From: Camelus ferus
Taxonomy: Eukaryota
NCBI RefSeq assembly: GCF_009834535.1
Contig: NC_045696.1
Location: 29,018,001 to 29,082,000, forward strand
DNA length: 64,000 nt
Direction of reading: 5' to 3'
The position numbers were made by a program, and so were the translations under genes. Under the pieces are notes generated by a model. The model made no database searches and was not told the origin of the DNA. It was given only the letters and a program-made list of their open reading frames with translations. Below, piece after piece: positions 1-13,612 of the stretch (position 1 is its first letter; every line of letters begins with the position of its first letter).

Positions 1-1490
1 CTTGTTGTCTGCTTACTGGGAGCAAAAGTCTTTCTTCACAAAGAAGGTCAAACCAACCTATGCCCTGCTCTCAAACCACCTTCATTTTGCTAGTGCACTT
101 CTGTTACCTATGATGATGTCCTCATTTGTCACCGTTTATTGAAATACTCCCATTTCCTCAGATCTCACGTTTTCCATTGGGTCTTCACAATCCACCAGAG
201 GAACCTCTTCTGAGCTTTTTCAGCAATCCAACACTTTTCATATTGTTGATATCTATTTTTTGTCTTGAAGGGTTATGCAAATACTTTGTTCTTGATTAGC
301 ATTTGATAATTTCTGTTCTACTATTCCAGATCAAGAATCAATCCTTAGCAATCTTAGCTATCCCTTACTGATTTAATTAAATGTTTGTTGTTCAAATATG
401 AATGGAAATATTTGTTTCATCTTGAAGGCCATTATTGTTTTTACTTGCCCTTCCTTCAACTTGTAGATAGATAGCCTCTTTCTTAAGCACTTTTAAAGAA
501 ATTTCTTCCAGGTACAACAGGTCAAGTGGTATCTAAAGGCATGGAGCAAGTTCTTAGAACAATTAGTTGCAATCTGCACTGCAACTTTATGCTTCATATG
601 GTGGCTTCTGGGTGAAGAAATGGCACAAAAGAGACAGTCAAGACAGAATAAAGTTTTATATTCTACAGTATATTTGATAGCTTTTTCAATACCTTACTAA
701 GTGTTTTTCCACAAGTATGTCTCATAATAGTATATCTGTTTTGCCCAGATACAGTTCAGTTTTCCTGAGAATAAGTCAATCATAATAGAAAGTTTTAGTG
801 CTCAATAGTATTGATGGTCAGAGAGAGGCCACTGAAGACAAGGCTTCTTTGTGAAGAAAGTGAAAGGAATTAAAACTAGAACCAGTTGATATTTTTCCCC
901 ACAATGATGAATTTTTCCTTCTTTGCATAATTCTTTGTCTTTGTTCTCTGATCTCCTTGGCTACTGTCAAAACCAGAAACACTAGGCAGGTAATTGTCAA
1001 TGTTGCCTAACACTTGCTCTTGTATTTTGCACTCTCATTTTTATCCCTGTTTTATAAGGATGATGGAAGACATAACCAGAAAAGGTTTCTATACCTAAGA
1101 CAAATTGTCCTTAAAATCAGTCATTGGGCTTTCCAAAAATCATTTTTGCTGAATTAATCCTTTTAGATTTGTTCAAAACTGTTCAAAGTTAGTAACAGGA
1201 ATTATCTATAGCATTACAACAAGGTCACTTTCTGTTCCAGCTGAATAATTTTAGAAGTATTCAGGTACATTCTCTCCTGTGTCTTCTAATGTTTTTGGCA
1301 AGTGGACCATAAAAGAATTGTATGTCTTTTTTGGTCTAATAGTTGCTACTTTCCTGCATTCCCCAGGTGAATTTTCCAGATTTTATTTTGTTCCTTCCTA
1401 AAAGAGACTTAGTTGTCTGGGCTAGACTTAAAGTAACAGTAAATGTTTATATTAAAATGAATGTATCCCTGTTATAAGACTTATCAAGTA
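1..1490 (-). mobile_element. Possible very old non-LTR retrotransposon remnant (L4/RTE-X-like); tentative
   Basis: The minus strand around 1330-1395 reads 'aaaatctggaaaattcacctggggaatgcaggaaagtagcaactattagac', reminiscent of an AP-endonuclease 'G.FT....S.IDY' motif. No intact ORF. Confidence 0.2.
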
Positions 1491-1514
1491 ATGAGGTTCT
1501 CTGAAACATGGGAA

Positions 1515-2768
1515 ATTTCATGAAGCAAAAACTGACAAAATTAGAGGAATAGAGAGTTTAACAATAATAGTTACAGGTATTAATGCCATACTTTCAATAA
1601 TAAACAGAACAAGTAGGCAGAAAGTCAACAAGGAAATAGAACATTCGAACAACATTAAAATACAAACAGACCTAACAGGTACATATGGAATACTCCACTG
1701 ATCGATGGCAGAACACATATTCTCAACTGACCGTGAACATTCTCCAGGAAAAAACAAACATAAAAAGCAAAAAAAAAAAAAAAACCCAAAACCAAAAAAC
1801 TATATGCTAGTGTAAAAGACAAGCCTAAACATATTTAAAAGGACTGAAATATCGTCAAGTATGTTTTCTGACCACAACAGAATTAAACTAGAAATCAACA
1901 ACAGAAGGTAATTTGGAATAATCTTGAATATGTGGAAGTTAGACTGCACACCTCAATAACTATTGGATCAAGAAGATATCACAAGGTAAATTTAAAACAA
2001 CTTGAGATGAATGAATTGAAAACACAAATCCTCAAACTTATGAGAAGTAAATAGGGCTGTACTCAAAGAGAAATTTATAGCTGTAAATACCATTGCTAAG
2101 AAAGAAGATTTCAAATAAGGAATCTAACCTTCACCTTAAGACACTGGAAAAATAAGAGCAAATTAAACCAAAGAAAGCAGAAAAAAGGAAATAATAAAGA
2201 TTAAAATGGAAATAAACAAAATAAAGACTAGGAAAACAACAGAGCATTATTGGTGGTACCAAAAACTGGTTCTTCAGAAAGATCAACAGAACTGACAAAC
2301 CTTTAGTGAGACTGATGAAGAAAAAGAATAGAAAAATTCAAATTATCAATATCAGAAATCAAATAGAAGCTACCACTATTGACCTTATGGAGATGAAAAG
2401 GACTTCAAAAGATTAAGTGAAGATAAATTCTAACAAATTAAATAACACAAACAAATTAAATAACTTAGTTTGATTTCCTGGAAAAAAAAAAACATAAACT
2501 ACAAAAACTGATTCAAGAAGAAACTGACCATCAGATAGATTTTTAACAATCAAGAGACTGAATTAGTAATCAAAAAGTTACCCACAAAGAAAAGCACAAG
2601 TCTAGATGGCTTCACTGGTGAATCCCATCAAACATTTAAAAGAGATTTAATATTAATCCTTCACAGATTCTTCCCAAAAGCAAAATAGGAAGTAACACTT
2701 TTCCAACTTATTCTATAAGACCTGGATTATACTGATAGCAAAGCCAGGCAAAGACATCACAAGAAAGT
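1515..2768 (+). mobile_element. LINE-1 (L1M) ORF2 fragment, endonuclease to pre-RT region, degenerate
   Basis: Typical L1 ORF2 motifs: 'atgttttctgaccacaacagaattaaactagaaatcaac', 'aaatttatagctgtaaat', 'tggttcttcagaaagatcaacagaactgacaaacctttag', 'gatggcttcactggtgaatcccatcaaacatttaaa'. Many stops and frameshifts. Confidence 0.93.
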
Positions 2769-2915
2769 CGCATTTGCTTTTGATGTCATATCTAAGTATC
2801 TATTGCCTAATCCAAAACCACAAGTATGTACTCCTATTGTTTTTCTTTTAAGAGTATTACAGTTTTGGCACTTTTATTTAGATCTATGATCAACTTTGAG
2901 TTGACTTTTACATCC
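2769..2915 (-). mobile_element. LINE-1 ORF2 3'-part fragment, inverted relative to the adjacent L1
   Basis: 'gcttttgatgtcatatctaag...ttgcctaatccaaaaccac...tagatctatgatcaactttgagttgacttttt' is antisense L1 ORF2 C-terminal sequence. Confidence 0.85.
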
Positions 2916-3039
2916 TGAGTTACAAACCTAGTCTACAATGTACATAGGCTGAGTTGAGAGGCACAGTCTTATAAGAAAAATTAGAGTTTATAGTCAAAAG
3001 AAAATAGAATGTACACAGGTGTTTATAGACACAGATGTC

Positions 3040-3200
3040 CATTGCTCTTGGACAAACGAGTTACTCCTCTGTGAATTTTCTCATTGTAAAACACAGGGTA
3101 TAATTGTGTGTTAACAGCCTCAATCTCAGAATGTTGTGAGGACTGAGCAACATGACTGAATTTAGTACTTACTGATTTTATTACCTGTTGCATGGCATTT
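3040..3200 (+). mobile_element. MIR SINE fragment
   Basis: Core-like 'ttggacaaacgagttactcctctgtgaattttctcattgtaaaac...gttgtgaggactgag'. Confidence 0.65.
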
Positions 3201-6200
3201 CCTCAAAATTGTTAATTAATATCCTTATAATGCTGAAACAAAGATCACAGGCAGAATATTTATTGTATACTTTTATACATGTATTTTAATACTAATGTGA
3301 ACTCTCTGCTTTTATTTGAATTTACTGTGACTATTGAGTGCTGGCATACTGTTTGCACGGCAACACAAAAAAACCAAAACCAAAAATAAAGACACTTCAT
3401 TTATATAAGAAAATTAACTGAACAATTGGATGTATCAGTACGAACTCCACTCACCTGGGACCCTCTCTCTAGCTTTGGCACCAAGGGATGCAATTCTTTT
3501 CTCTAGCGACAGTCTTGAGGGCCCATGGTGGTTGTGTTCTTCAGAATCTCTTTAGGAGCCTGCTGTAAGTGAGAGAGACACTCCTGCCCAGCTCTAGATG
3601 TTAGAAGCCTGTTGTGTTACAGGAGAGCTAGAATATTCTTTCTGATAGATCCATCACTATCACTAGCTTTTCTCACTTCCTGCTTTTCCCCAGACTGATG
3701 TATTTTCTGTCCCATTAACTGTAATTCATGGTTACATTAGATTATATTGTGATCCTATAGCTTCAGGCAAGTTATAACTAGGTAGCCACCATTCAAGCTT
3801 CAAAAACCACCTGGCCATACCTCAGTTCCCCATTGTGTGGCTCATTCTAAGTTCCACAGGCTGGTGATCTCTGACTGAAAAGATGTTTTCAGGATGACAG
3901 TGTCCCAACTCATTCTATCCCACACCCTGCATAGCCATATTCTGTGTATCATATGTTATTTTAAATTCATGTACTGCTTCTGATCACTTTCTCCCCCATC
4001 CTTTACTCTTGTTCTTCTGAAGCGCATTATGAGTGTGTGTTTCCAAATTGTTTTTTCATTTGGCTTACTAATTTAGATATAATAAGTTTGGAATTTAATT
4101 CATCTCATTTTCCATGACATACTTCAACAACTTCCTGTACTATTTAAACTCTGTATTTATTTTCTACAAATTTAAGGCTTTCATATAAAATGCTAATCTA
4201 GCTTGCAGGGAGCTCATCAACAGAACTCTGGAGAAACAGCACATGAATCCAGTCTGTCAATATCCTTTTCAAATTTTTATTGTTTAAAATAACTTATTTT
4301 ATTCAATAAAAAACAAACAAAAATCTCCTCTAAACTTAAGCAAATCGAAATTGATTTCTGTGCTTTGCAACCAAAAGACATCCACTTGTTTTCCTATAAT
4401 AGAACTAATTTTCACAAGGCACCATTATCCTAACTTCTGCAATTTCAATTATTTTCTTACTCTGGAGAATTAAAGGAGCCACCAAGCTATATGAAATTAA
4501 TACTGAGAAGCATGTCATTGTCTTTAGGTAATGGCCAGTTGTAACATCCTCCACAATCACATGAGTGATGCTTATTTGCTTAAACCCTAAAACAGCGAAA
4601 TTTATACATCAATTTCTTCTTCAGGTTATTAGATGTACGTATTTTTGGTCCTAATGTTGCCATTAGAAATCACAAATTGCTTGCAACGTAATCTCAGCCC
4701 AGATGCTCTGTGCCTGACATGGGAAGTGGGACCTTGAAAGCTCTCCCTCACTATTCTTTTCCTTATTTTCTCTGCACTAGTCACACTTAGGAAAGCAGCA
4801 GCTGCTTCCACTTACTGCTTGACTGTTTCCGAATTACGCTGGACATAGATGATAATGCCCTTCCCATTACCTCTTTATAGAACATGTAACGGAGTCTGAA
4901 AGAAAGCAAGGGAAATATCTATGAAAGCATCTTGCTTATAGATGGATCATTCAAAAGACCTAGTCATGTTCAGATCTGTTTAGAGCTCCTAGTAAGTGAG
5001 AGTGTTGTTCTCTCTGTCATGCAGAAAGAGAAAGAGAGAGAGACTCTAATTAAAAAAAGAAACGTGTAGGCATGCTGTCAGGCCAGAAGGGATTTTAATA
5101 TACAAACAGCAACTGCATGTGTTTGACATACACAGTGACAGTTTGAGAGGCTTTTTACATTCACCACATTTTCATTAAAATTGAGCATGTAAAACTAGAC
5201 ATTCTATTACCAGATCATAAAACCAATATATACTTGGTTGTTTCTTGAAACGAGATTTTCACAAATTCGCAACTGCAAGAATGTAACCTCAGGAAAGGTT
5301 CTGAGGAGCCAATCAAAAGTTAATACAAAAATGTGCTCAAGGAAAAGATTTTTACTTTAAAAAAAAGTTGTCTTCTTCTCCAAACAACATTATTCAATAG
5401 AGATAAAATGCCTAATTTGCATGAAGCTAGGCAACAATCATATGAATTCTGAATACCTATCAATTTAATAGACATTAAATCAGACATTAAAATTTCAGTT
5501 TATAATAATGTCAATATATAGAAGAAAACTATTTGCAAATCTGCTTTTAGGAGAGAGTGAAATCAATTCAAAAGTAACAAAAATAAATTTTGGAATAAAT
5601 TTAAAGTGAGTTATATTCTGAGTTTATGTCTGTAATTTTGATTCTATCTTTTATTTATTATCACTTCTTTCATGTTTACATTAAATCTGTCTTGCTTCAC
5701 TGCTTTTTTTTTTTTTTTTTTATTCAATCAACAACACGGTGGTTGCTGACCTAGCTAGGGTATTTCTGTAGATTTCTTCAATAAAAGTTGATATTTGAAA
5801 ACACATTAATCAATTATCTTCACAATAAATACTCCCTCCTAGTTGTTCATTTTTAACTAAAAAATGAAATGAAGGCCATATGAAGGATGAAAAGCTAAAA
5901 TAATGGCATTATGCACTCATTATCTAAAATTGTGCTTTTGACATTTGCTTTGATGGCAAAGGAAGTTATTTTCATTATAACTGTAGAAACAGATTGCACT
6001 CTGTATTACAGCCATTTCTATCTACTAGTGAGTGCTGATAAGGAATATATTTGATGTATTAAAATGAACACTAATTACACCAACTATTTAGCAACAGATT
6101 TCAAATGGTGTCATCCTGCTTGGGCAGTTAGATTTGCATAGTAATTTGAAACTCTCCTACACTTTTGAAAGCATTGACACTTAGTGGTATCATAACAAAT

Positions 6201-7109
6201 ACTGATTAGGCATCCAAGTTGGTCCAGGCAGTGAGCTAATTACTATACAGAATTAATAGAAGTGACAGCCAGTAAGGTTACGAAAGCTAGAAAAGACCTA
6301 TAGAAGCTAGAAACTGGGTCAGTAAAAAGGAATTAAAGGAATGGTGAGTAACCAAGCCAGAAATCACACAATTCTGAATTCTAAAATGAGTCCAAGGAGG
6401 CACAGAGACAGCCTTATTAGAGCACCGGTGGGCACTGACTGGAGAGCATCATGAAGGGGTCTCTATGCCCAAAAACATGGTAGATATTTTAAAATCTCAT
6501 TATGCAGACAACGTATAAAGTTATTTCTACAATTATAGGCCTCTTTCCAGGACAAACACTTTCTGGGTGGTAGCATCCTAACATGTTTAATTTTTGAGAC
6601 TTTAAAAATTATTGAAGTCAGCTGGATATATCGCAGGTACTTGGCATGGGGAGGAGAGTAGGTTAGTAGAATAGTGGCACTGAAAATAGGAGAACAAAGA
6701 GAAATGATACATTTTTAACTTACTTTACCCTTTCACTTAAGTCAGAACACACAAAACTTGAAACCCCAGCCCTCCAACTATGGCAGGCACTGTTAGTTGA
6801 CCAAAGGCTTCTCTTCCATCAAACTAGGATGCTCTTCAACCCATAACTCATGATCCACTTTTGTGGCTCAACATAGTTCAAAATGAGTTGAAGTCTATTC
6901 AATTGACCTAACATTCAGTGGATAACAAGAAACAGGAAAACAAAACAAAAACCAAACCAAAAAAATTATAATAAATCTGGCTTAAATAAATAATACAGAA
7001 TTACTACAGATTAGCAGACCAGAAATAGGGATGAATAGCACAGAGCTACCAAAATAAGAGTTATGTTAATACCAAGCCTTGTGTATGATAGCAATGAATA
7101 CACGGATAT

Positions 7110-7155
7110 GTCCCAGATATCCTGGAGTTTAAGTCCCAGATATCCTGGAGTTTAA
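7110..7155. repeat. Perfect 23-bp tandem duplication (gtcccagatatcctggagtttaa x2)
   Basis: Directly visible: 7110-7132 is identical to 7133-7155. Confidence 0.97.
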
Positions 7156-7940
7156 GTAACAGAGGCTCTGATATTTCTACTTTCATAAAGTATGCTAGAG
7201 GTTCCCACTTTTCCTGGATCTTAAGATTTTAAAAAGACTTGGTGTACTGTCACTCACTGATCTCCAGATTCACGTTAGGCAAACCTTCAAAAGACCTGTT
7301 ATGAACAGCAGAATAGAGATCCAATGGTACTCCTCAATAGTAAGCAAACTATATTTATCAAAACTTGAGAATTAATTATTATTGTTGATGGAATCAGTAC
7401 TCTGTACTTGATGACTCATTATTATTCTTGTGTCTCTACAGATGCTACTTTACAGACGCTCTGCGTGTAAAAGCTTTACCCAGCTCCCATCTTTCCCAGG
7501 TGTCTGACTCCCATAGGATTCAGCTTAAAATGTCAGTTCCCCTACAGAACTTTTCCCGTTTGTCCAAGTAGCATTAGGTGCCAATTGTCCCAGAACCTCT
7601 GGAATTCTGTAATTATTGCTTCCACAGAATTTTTCACATGGTGTGATTTGATTGCTAGTTTACTTATCTGCTACCAGACATCTCTAATTATAACTGGTAA
7701 TATCTTTATCACAATTGATGGAGGAGAAAAGGTTCAAGGAACGAGAGCAGAGAGATAGGGAACAGCAGGTCAGAAAAGGAATAGACATCTCAAACATTAT
7801 AAACATGCAGGAGAACACTTAACTTCTGAGCCCCTGCCAATACTGCTTCTCCCTCAGATTTCCTTTTCTCCTGAAATGGCACTACCATTCATTCATTTGT
7901 CCAGATCTAGATCTTCGTAACAAGGAGTATGGCTCCATTT

Positions 7941-8031
7941 ATTTCCTTTTTAAATTAAATTAAATTAATTTTTTTATTGAAGTATAGTCAGTTACAATGT
8001 GTCAGTTTCTGGTGTACAGCATAATGTTTCA
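7941..8031 (-). mobile_element. Extremely 5'-truncated young L1 3' end with 10-bp target-site duplication
   Basis: T-rich tail plus 'ttgaagtatagtcagttacaatgtgtcagtttctggtgtacagcataatgtttca', flanked by ggctccattt at 7931-7940 and 8032-8041. Confidence 0.85.
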
Positions 8032-8089
8032 GGCTCCATTTTTGATGTTTGACAGCTGACAGCTTTTCCCATTTTCCCCTCGTGCCTCA

Positions 8090-8395
8090 CTTCCAAGCAA
8101 GATTCTGATAAGAAATCCTAGGTGCTCCCTCCTTTGGCAGACAGGAGATTCAGATCCTGCCGGGGAAGCCTCCCTCCAGCCCCATCCCTAACCATGATAA
8201 AACTCTGAGCTCGCGTCCTTTCCTAATGTTTTTAAGGCATTTTGGACTGGCTTGAGAGGCCTGCCCTGCTCTTTCCAGTGACCTCAATTATGTGAGTAAT
8301 GAAGCTTTTCACACCCTCTTAGTGTGTATCTGGAATCATCAATCTGGACAGTTTTGAGTGGTGTTCCTTCCTGCTTTGGAGATTGACTACAACAA
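8090..8395 (+). mobile_element. ERV LTR-like fragment (family uncertain)
   Basis: GC-richer block with TATA/polyA-like 'gataaaactc' and 'gtaatgaagcttttc', ending in 'ctacaaca'. It interrupts L2-like sequence. Confidence 0.5.
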
Positions 8396-8829
8396 TTTTA
8401 CAGGTTAGCCTTAATCCTTTTTTTCTTCATATGCCTATTAAAATCCTCTACCCACCCCTGTCAATTATACCTGCAAATTCACATCCTTAATCTGTCCCAT
8501 TTTCACGGTCTCTCAAGTCCAAGCCATCACCATAACTCTTGGACCATTTATCACAATCCTTCCATTCTTGCCTCTTAAGAGTTCATTCATCACACAATCA
8601 GCACAGCAATGTTTGAAATATATACCTATTGACCTCTCAATACATTTAGAATAAAATGCTATTGATTTAGTTCCTGCATGAACCAAACCCTGCGCATGTA
8701 TCTGCATGTATGATCCCATCTTCTACTCTCCGCATTCCATGGGACTTGCTTCAGCCACACTGTTCTTACTGCTCCTGGCACCATATTTATTCTCTTCTTA
8801 GGATCTTTGCAGAGGCTTCCCTGATCACC

Positions 8830-9500
8830 TGTGTTATTCAGGGTTCTCTAGAGAAACAGAATCAATTATATACACATATATATCTATTTATAATATATAT
8901 TTAATATATTATATATTTATTAATATATTAAATATATTATATAATATATTTAATATAAATATAATAAATATTTATATATATATGTGTGTATATATAGTAT
9001 TGGTTATATTGGTTATATATGTATAAATGTACACATACTAAAAATACATATATGTATTTATAAATACATGTGTGCATGTATGTGTGTGTGTGTATATATA
9101 TATATATATAGAAATAGAGTGAGGGAGAGAGAGATTTACTAGAAGGTGTTGCCTGACACAATGATTACGCAGACCAGGAATTCTCATGATCCTCCCCACA
9201 AGCTGAAGAACCAGGAGAGCTGATGCTGTAAGTCCCAGTCTGAAGGCAGGAGATTATGTTCCAACTCAGTCAGATGGGGAGAGATGGAAAATTCTTCTTT
9301 CCTGTGCCTTTTTGTTCTATTCAGACTCTCAATGGATTAGATGATGTGTACCCACATTAGGGAGGGCAATCTGCTTTAGTCTACTGATTCAAATGTTAAT
9401 CTCGTCCAGAAACATCTTCATATAGACTCAGAATAATGTTTAACCAAGTGTCTGAACACTTGTAACATAGTCAAGTTGACACATAAAATTAACCATCACA
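8830..9500 (-). mobile_element. MLT2 (ERVL) solo LTR
   Basis: Starts 'tgtgttattcagggttctctagagaaacagaa' and ends 'gtcaagttgacacataaaattaaccatcaca'. TG...CA ends with a near-perfect 5-bp TSD tcacc/tcact. Confidence 0.92.
8866..9132. repeat. (TA)n/(TG)n/(GA)n low-complexity microsatellite inside MLT2
   Basis: Directly visible; expansion at the usual MLT2 simple-repeat position. Confidence 0.9.
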
Positions 9501-10859
9501 TCACTGTTACCTAAGCTATTCACTACCAACTTCTATCACATTCCAACCATTTAATCTTGTTTTATTTTTTAATCACATTTATTGATTCATTTAAATTGCA
9601 TTATATTTTATTTTGTACCTTGTTAAATATATCTCCCAGAAAAATATATACTTTCAAGGGGCACAGACTTTGTCAGTCTTCACCATTGAAGTATACCCAG
9701 TATCCTGGAAAGTATCTCATAGTATTCACTTAGTAGAATATTTCTTGGTTAAATGAATAAATTAACAAATGTATTACTATATCTCCAAGCACCTGTACCC
9801 ATCAAACACACACATATACATACACAGAAAGCAAGCTAAATGTATGTCATAAGACAGAATAAAAGAGGAAACAACCTGTATTAAATCTAAAAATGTAAAA
9901 AGTCCAGCCAGCAAGCTTTAGAGAACAGTGGCAAATGAGTATATAGAAAATTTATACTACTTAAGCCTCAGCAAGTTCATAGTAAGACTTCCCTTGATCA
10001 TCAGTACTAAGGGCACAATACACTGCAGTACTAGGTTACGGCATGGGCTTCTAGTCATATTGTCCTTCTAGTCTCTGCATAATTGACATGCTACTTTGTT
10101 ATACATCATTTTCCTCAATGCTATCTTATATGCAAATGACCTATTTATAAAAATTATTATTTTAATTTGTATTAAGTTCTCATATATTTAGTGACATAAA
10201 GAATCCCCTGACATTCTTTCACCTCCCCACTTCACCCTATGAAATTGGATGAAATCTAACCTAAGACTATAGGCATTGACAGGGGCAAGCTAGTCATCTA
10301 TATAGTAGAGTAGACTCCTTATGCCCCTGAAAGCAGAAAGAGAACTTGGGAAAAAAAATCCAGAAGAGTGGTTAGGACACTTGAGGGGACTTTATGAGAT
10401 ATTTTGTAGGTAGAAAGAAATGAATGGGTATCCAAAGCACAGCTAGAAAGGAAGGAAACTGACTTGTTCAGCTTGTAAAATACATTATTTCTTTGGAGTC
10501 AGAGTGCAGCCATCTACCCAAGTAGGTTACAAAAGCAGGGAAGGATTTTTAATCAGTCCAATCACTTTAACATCTGTACAATGTAAGATTGGTAGATTTA
10601 TGCTTCTCATATTTGTCTGTGTGTGTTCCTTATCATCTTCTACTTAGAAACTTCTTTTGGAAAATTCCAGCTGGAATCAACAGTGTTTAGAAGAAAAAAA
10701 AAATTAGATTACTTTTATCTTTTCTCAGGCCAAAGTTTTAAAGAAGAAAGACCATTCCCAATGATTCTCATGATTCTTATTAGCAAGGAAATGTGGTAAT
10801 AGTGGCCATTTTTATAAATGAACCACAAGTGTAAGGTAAAAGATAGCAGAATGAGCACT

Positions 10860-11075
10860 ATAAAACGTCGTGTGTAAGATGTGGAATCAAGCAGGACAGT
10901 ATCCAAATTCTGCTTCTCTCATTTATTGTAAGATATGGAGGAATGATTTAACTTAATATCTTGTTTCTACAGGTGCAAAGTCATTCTGACACAACCCACC
11001 TCACTAGGTTATTGAAGGATAAATAAAATACTGTATGCAGATTATAGCATAGAACTTAGCACATGGTAAGATCTA
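10860..11075 (+). mobile_element. MIR SINE
   Basis: 'ggaatcaagcaggacagtatccaaattctgcttctctcatttatt...acctcactaggttattgaaggataaata...agcacatggtaag'. Confidence 0.7.
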
Positions 11076-13204
11076 TGTTACAAGAAGGCATTTCTGATAC
11101 CATTGATTGACACAGACATGTACCATCTCCTCTAAAATTTTACAAGTACAAAGGACTGTGTATTATGTTTTCTGAAACGTATGTTTCACTCACCTACACA
11201 CATATACCAATAAAATCATATTTCAACATAGTGATAATTCTTATTTGCATATAGAAATTTACCAGAAATATGTACTCAGAGATGTCCATAAATACTCATT
11301 AGATTACAATGTCAAATATCTATAGAAGGACAAAAAAAAATCAGAAACATTTTGTAAAAGTTATTTTTCTTGGCAGTCTCAAATTTTGTTTGTATGTTTG
11401 TTTTGTTTTAAGGTCCATGCCACGCTTCAGTAGAATTCACTACTTGCTTGTCTTTAGGGCTGCTATTTGGAAGGATTTTTTCACAGCCCCAACAAAATAA
11501 TACATTAATTTTATTTTACTCAAAACCTGAATCAATGATTTTAACGTCTTATGGCTCGATAATGCTACTGATGATGATAGTTATATTCTAGCCAGAGAGA
11601 GACAAAGAGGTTCGTACAGCAGATCTTAATGAAGTTATAATGGCCACTTAGACCATAGCTTCAGCGACTTTATTTTCAATCACATGAATATAAAAGCAGC
11701 TGGGAAACTTTAAGAGTGCAACTGTCGTGAGAGAGGTTAGAAGAAATGAACAGAGCTAAAAGAAGTGAGTTCTTTCTGCTGCTGCTGTTTTCATGGACAA
11801 GATAAAAGAAAACAAAGAAATCCAAGCCAGGCACTGATTGCCATCTAAGCATTCAATTAAAATTGCGTGTCATGGTAGAAAGCTATCAACAAAGCCACTG
11901 ATGAGGATAAATGCTTAGCCTCAGCCATCTGCTCCCTCGTCAGGAAAGGGGCACATTCTCAATTGATAAGTTGTTGGCTTTGATCCATGGCCTGTTTTCC
12001 TGAGTTATTGTAGGAATCAAGCCAGGCTTCAACCTCAACTTACTCCCTGTTTAAACTTCTGATACTTCAGGATATTTCATTTTAACCTACTTATGTTGAA
12101 TACGTGGGAGGCGTTTCCTCCAGTATCACTATTTATTAAAGATATTCTAATAAATGCAAATGTAATAATTGGCAATCTTCTTCTAACCTTAGTTATAACC
12201 AAAAATTTTACTCTTTAATCCCCTGCTTTGTAAGTCCTCTCTCTCTCACACAGTTAAACATAGAATCGAAATATAGAATTTTAACCCAAGTTTGAACAGT
12301 TTCGTAGCTGTATCTCAATAGATTTTATGTAGTAACATTTCATTAAATATATATTTATATAAATCTTGACTCTGGAGATGTAATTCATTTGATTTCTGGA
12401 AAGTATCTGCCATACAGTTGTTGACCGAGTCCATTCACATCATCAAACCAATCAACCAAGTCGGAAGTAATTTATCTCAGAACAATCTAACTTTTTTTTT
12501 AACTTTAATAAATAGGTTTAATAAGTATCCTGTGAGAAATTTCTTCTTCTAAAATCCAATTTTAACACAGAAAAAAAAAAAAAGCCAGCCTTCTTAGAAT
12601 GTCTTAGCAAAGCTGTCTGGTTTCATTTCTATGGGTCTCAGCTTTAAGAGCAGTGTGTTCCTGACTTTGCCTTTGTTTGTTCCCCTGGTGGGCTCCCTAC
12701 TTGAGACAACACATCATAGAAAGATGCCAGTGAGAAGCATGCCTTCTTCTGCAAAGCTGGAGAAAGACAGCTGTGGGACTCAGTAGGGTGGAGAACGGGT
12801 GGACAATCGATTCTCAGTCCTCTAAGTTTTGGAAAAGTTTACCTATGGAGTTGAGGATCTGGAAATTGCTATCCATGCCTCTGCTAAAATCTGAAAAGCC
12901 TCCCTTTTCTTTAATTTGAAGACATCTTCTACCTTGCTTTTTTTCCTATACTTTCTCCTAAAATCTTATTGTGATCATGTGGAATCACTGAAATGTTTGG
13001 AGACAGGATGTGCTGTCTAGATATTTTTCATTAAAAGAGGGGTGAAAATAAGTTCTGAAAACTACATTATATACTTGAATTTAATAATCCATAAAATTTT
13101 GACTGAGTTGTTAAATTGTTGGTTTATGAGACCCAGGGCAACAGTCACATCGGTTGCTCAGACACATCATCTTGGCCTTATCTCTGATCCTGTTCAAGAC
13201 TTGG

Positions 13205-13612
13205 ATAAGTGGTACCATTGCAGACTTCCCAGTCCAAGATTTACTTTAAGCTGGCAGGGTCTTCCTTCATATTCATGCCACCACTTAATTTTCAGGCCTG
13301 GGTGCAGACACTTGCAGCAGCAGGAGTGTCTTAGAAACATGGGGAAGTTATCATTCTGGGCAATCCTCAATCAATGGGAAAAAAGTGCTGATGGAAAGGC
13401 CAATAGCATGTGAAGGCAGTCTGTGTGCTTCTCAGAAGGCCCCAGCCTTTCTTGGTGATGACCTGATTAACTCTCCATTATATGGGCTTTTTCTCCTTCC
13501 CCATCTCACTCTCTATCCTCCACGGCTCTTATTCTCTGGGATAATTTAATGAACTAATTCCACCCAGGACCTTGTTTCAAGCTGTGTATTCAGAGGAACA
13601 CAGTTAAGGTTA
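13205..13612 (+). mobile_element. LTR16-like ERVL LTR
   Basis: 'gggcaatcctcaatcaatggga', 'tgcttctcagaaggcccc'; 3' end 'cttgtttcaagctgtgtattcagaggaacacagttaag' matches the LTR16 terminus. Confidence 0.75.

Larger units (their letters stand above)
8440..9770 (+). mobile_element. L2 3' region, interrupted by an MLT2 LTR
   Basis: L2 motifs 'caagccatcaccataactcttggacc' and 'ttcagccacactgttcttactgctcc'; 3' end 'cccagtatcctggaaagt...ttaaatgaataaattaa'. Confidence 0.75.

Noticed and set aside
8937..9161. 74-aa Y/I/H-rich ORF (similar ones at 35895, 46669 and 57361)
   Set aside because: Translation of (TA)n/(TG)n microsatellites.
13042..13413. Longest ORF in the track (123 aa)
   Set aside because: Non-ATG start, runs into an LTR16, no recognisable domain, and the length is expected by chance.
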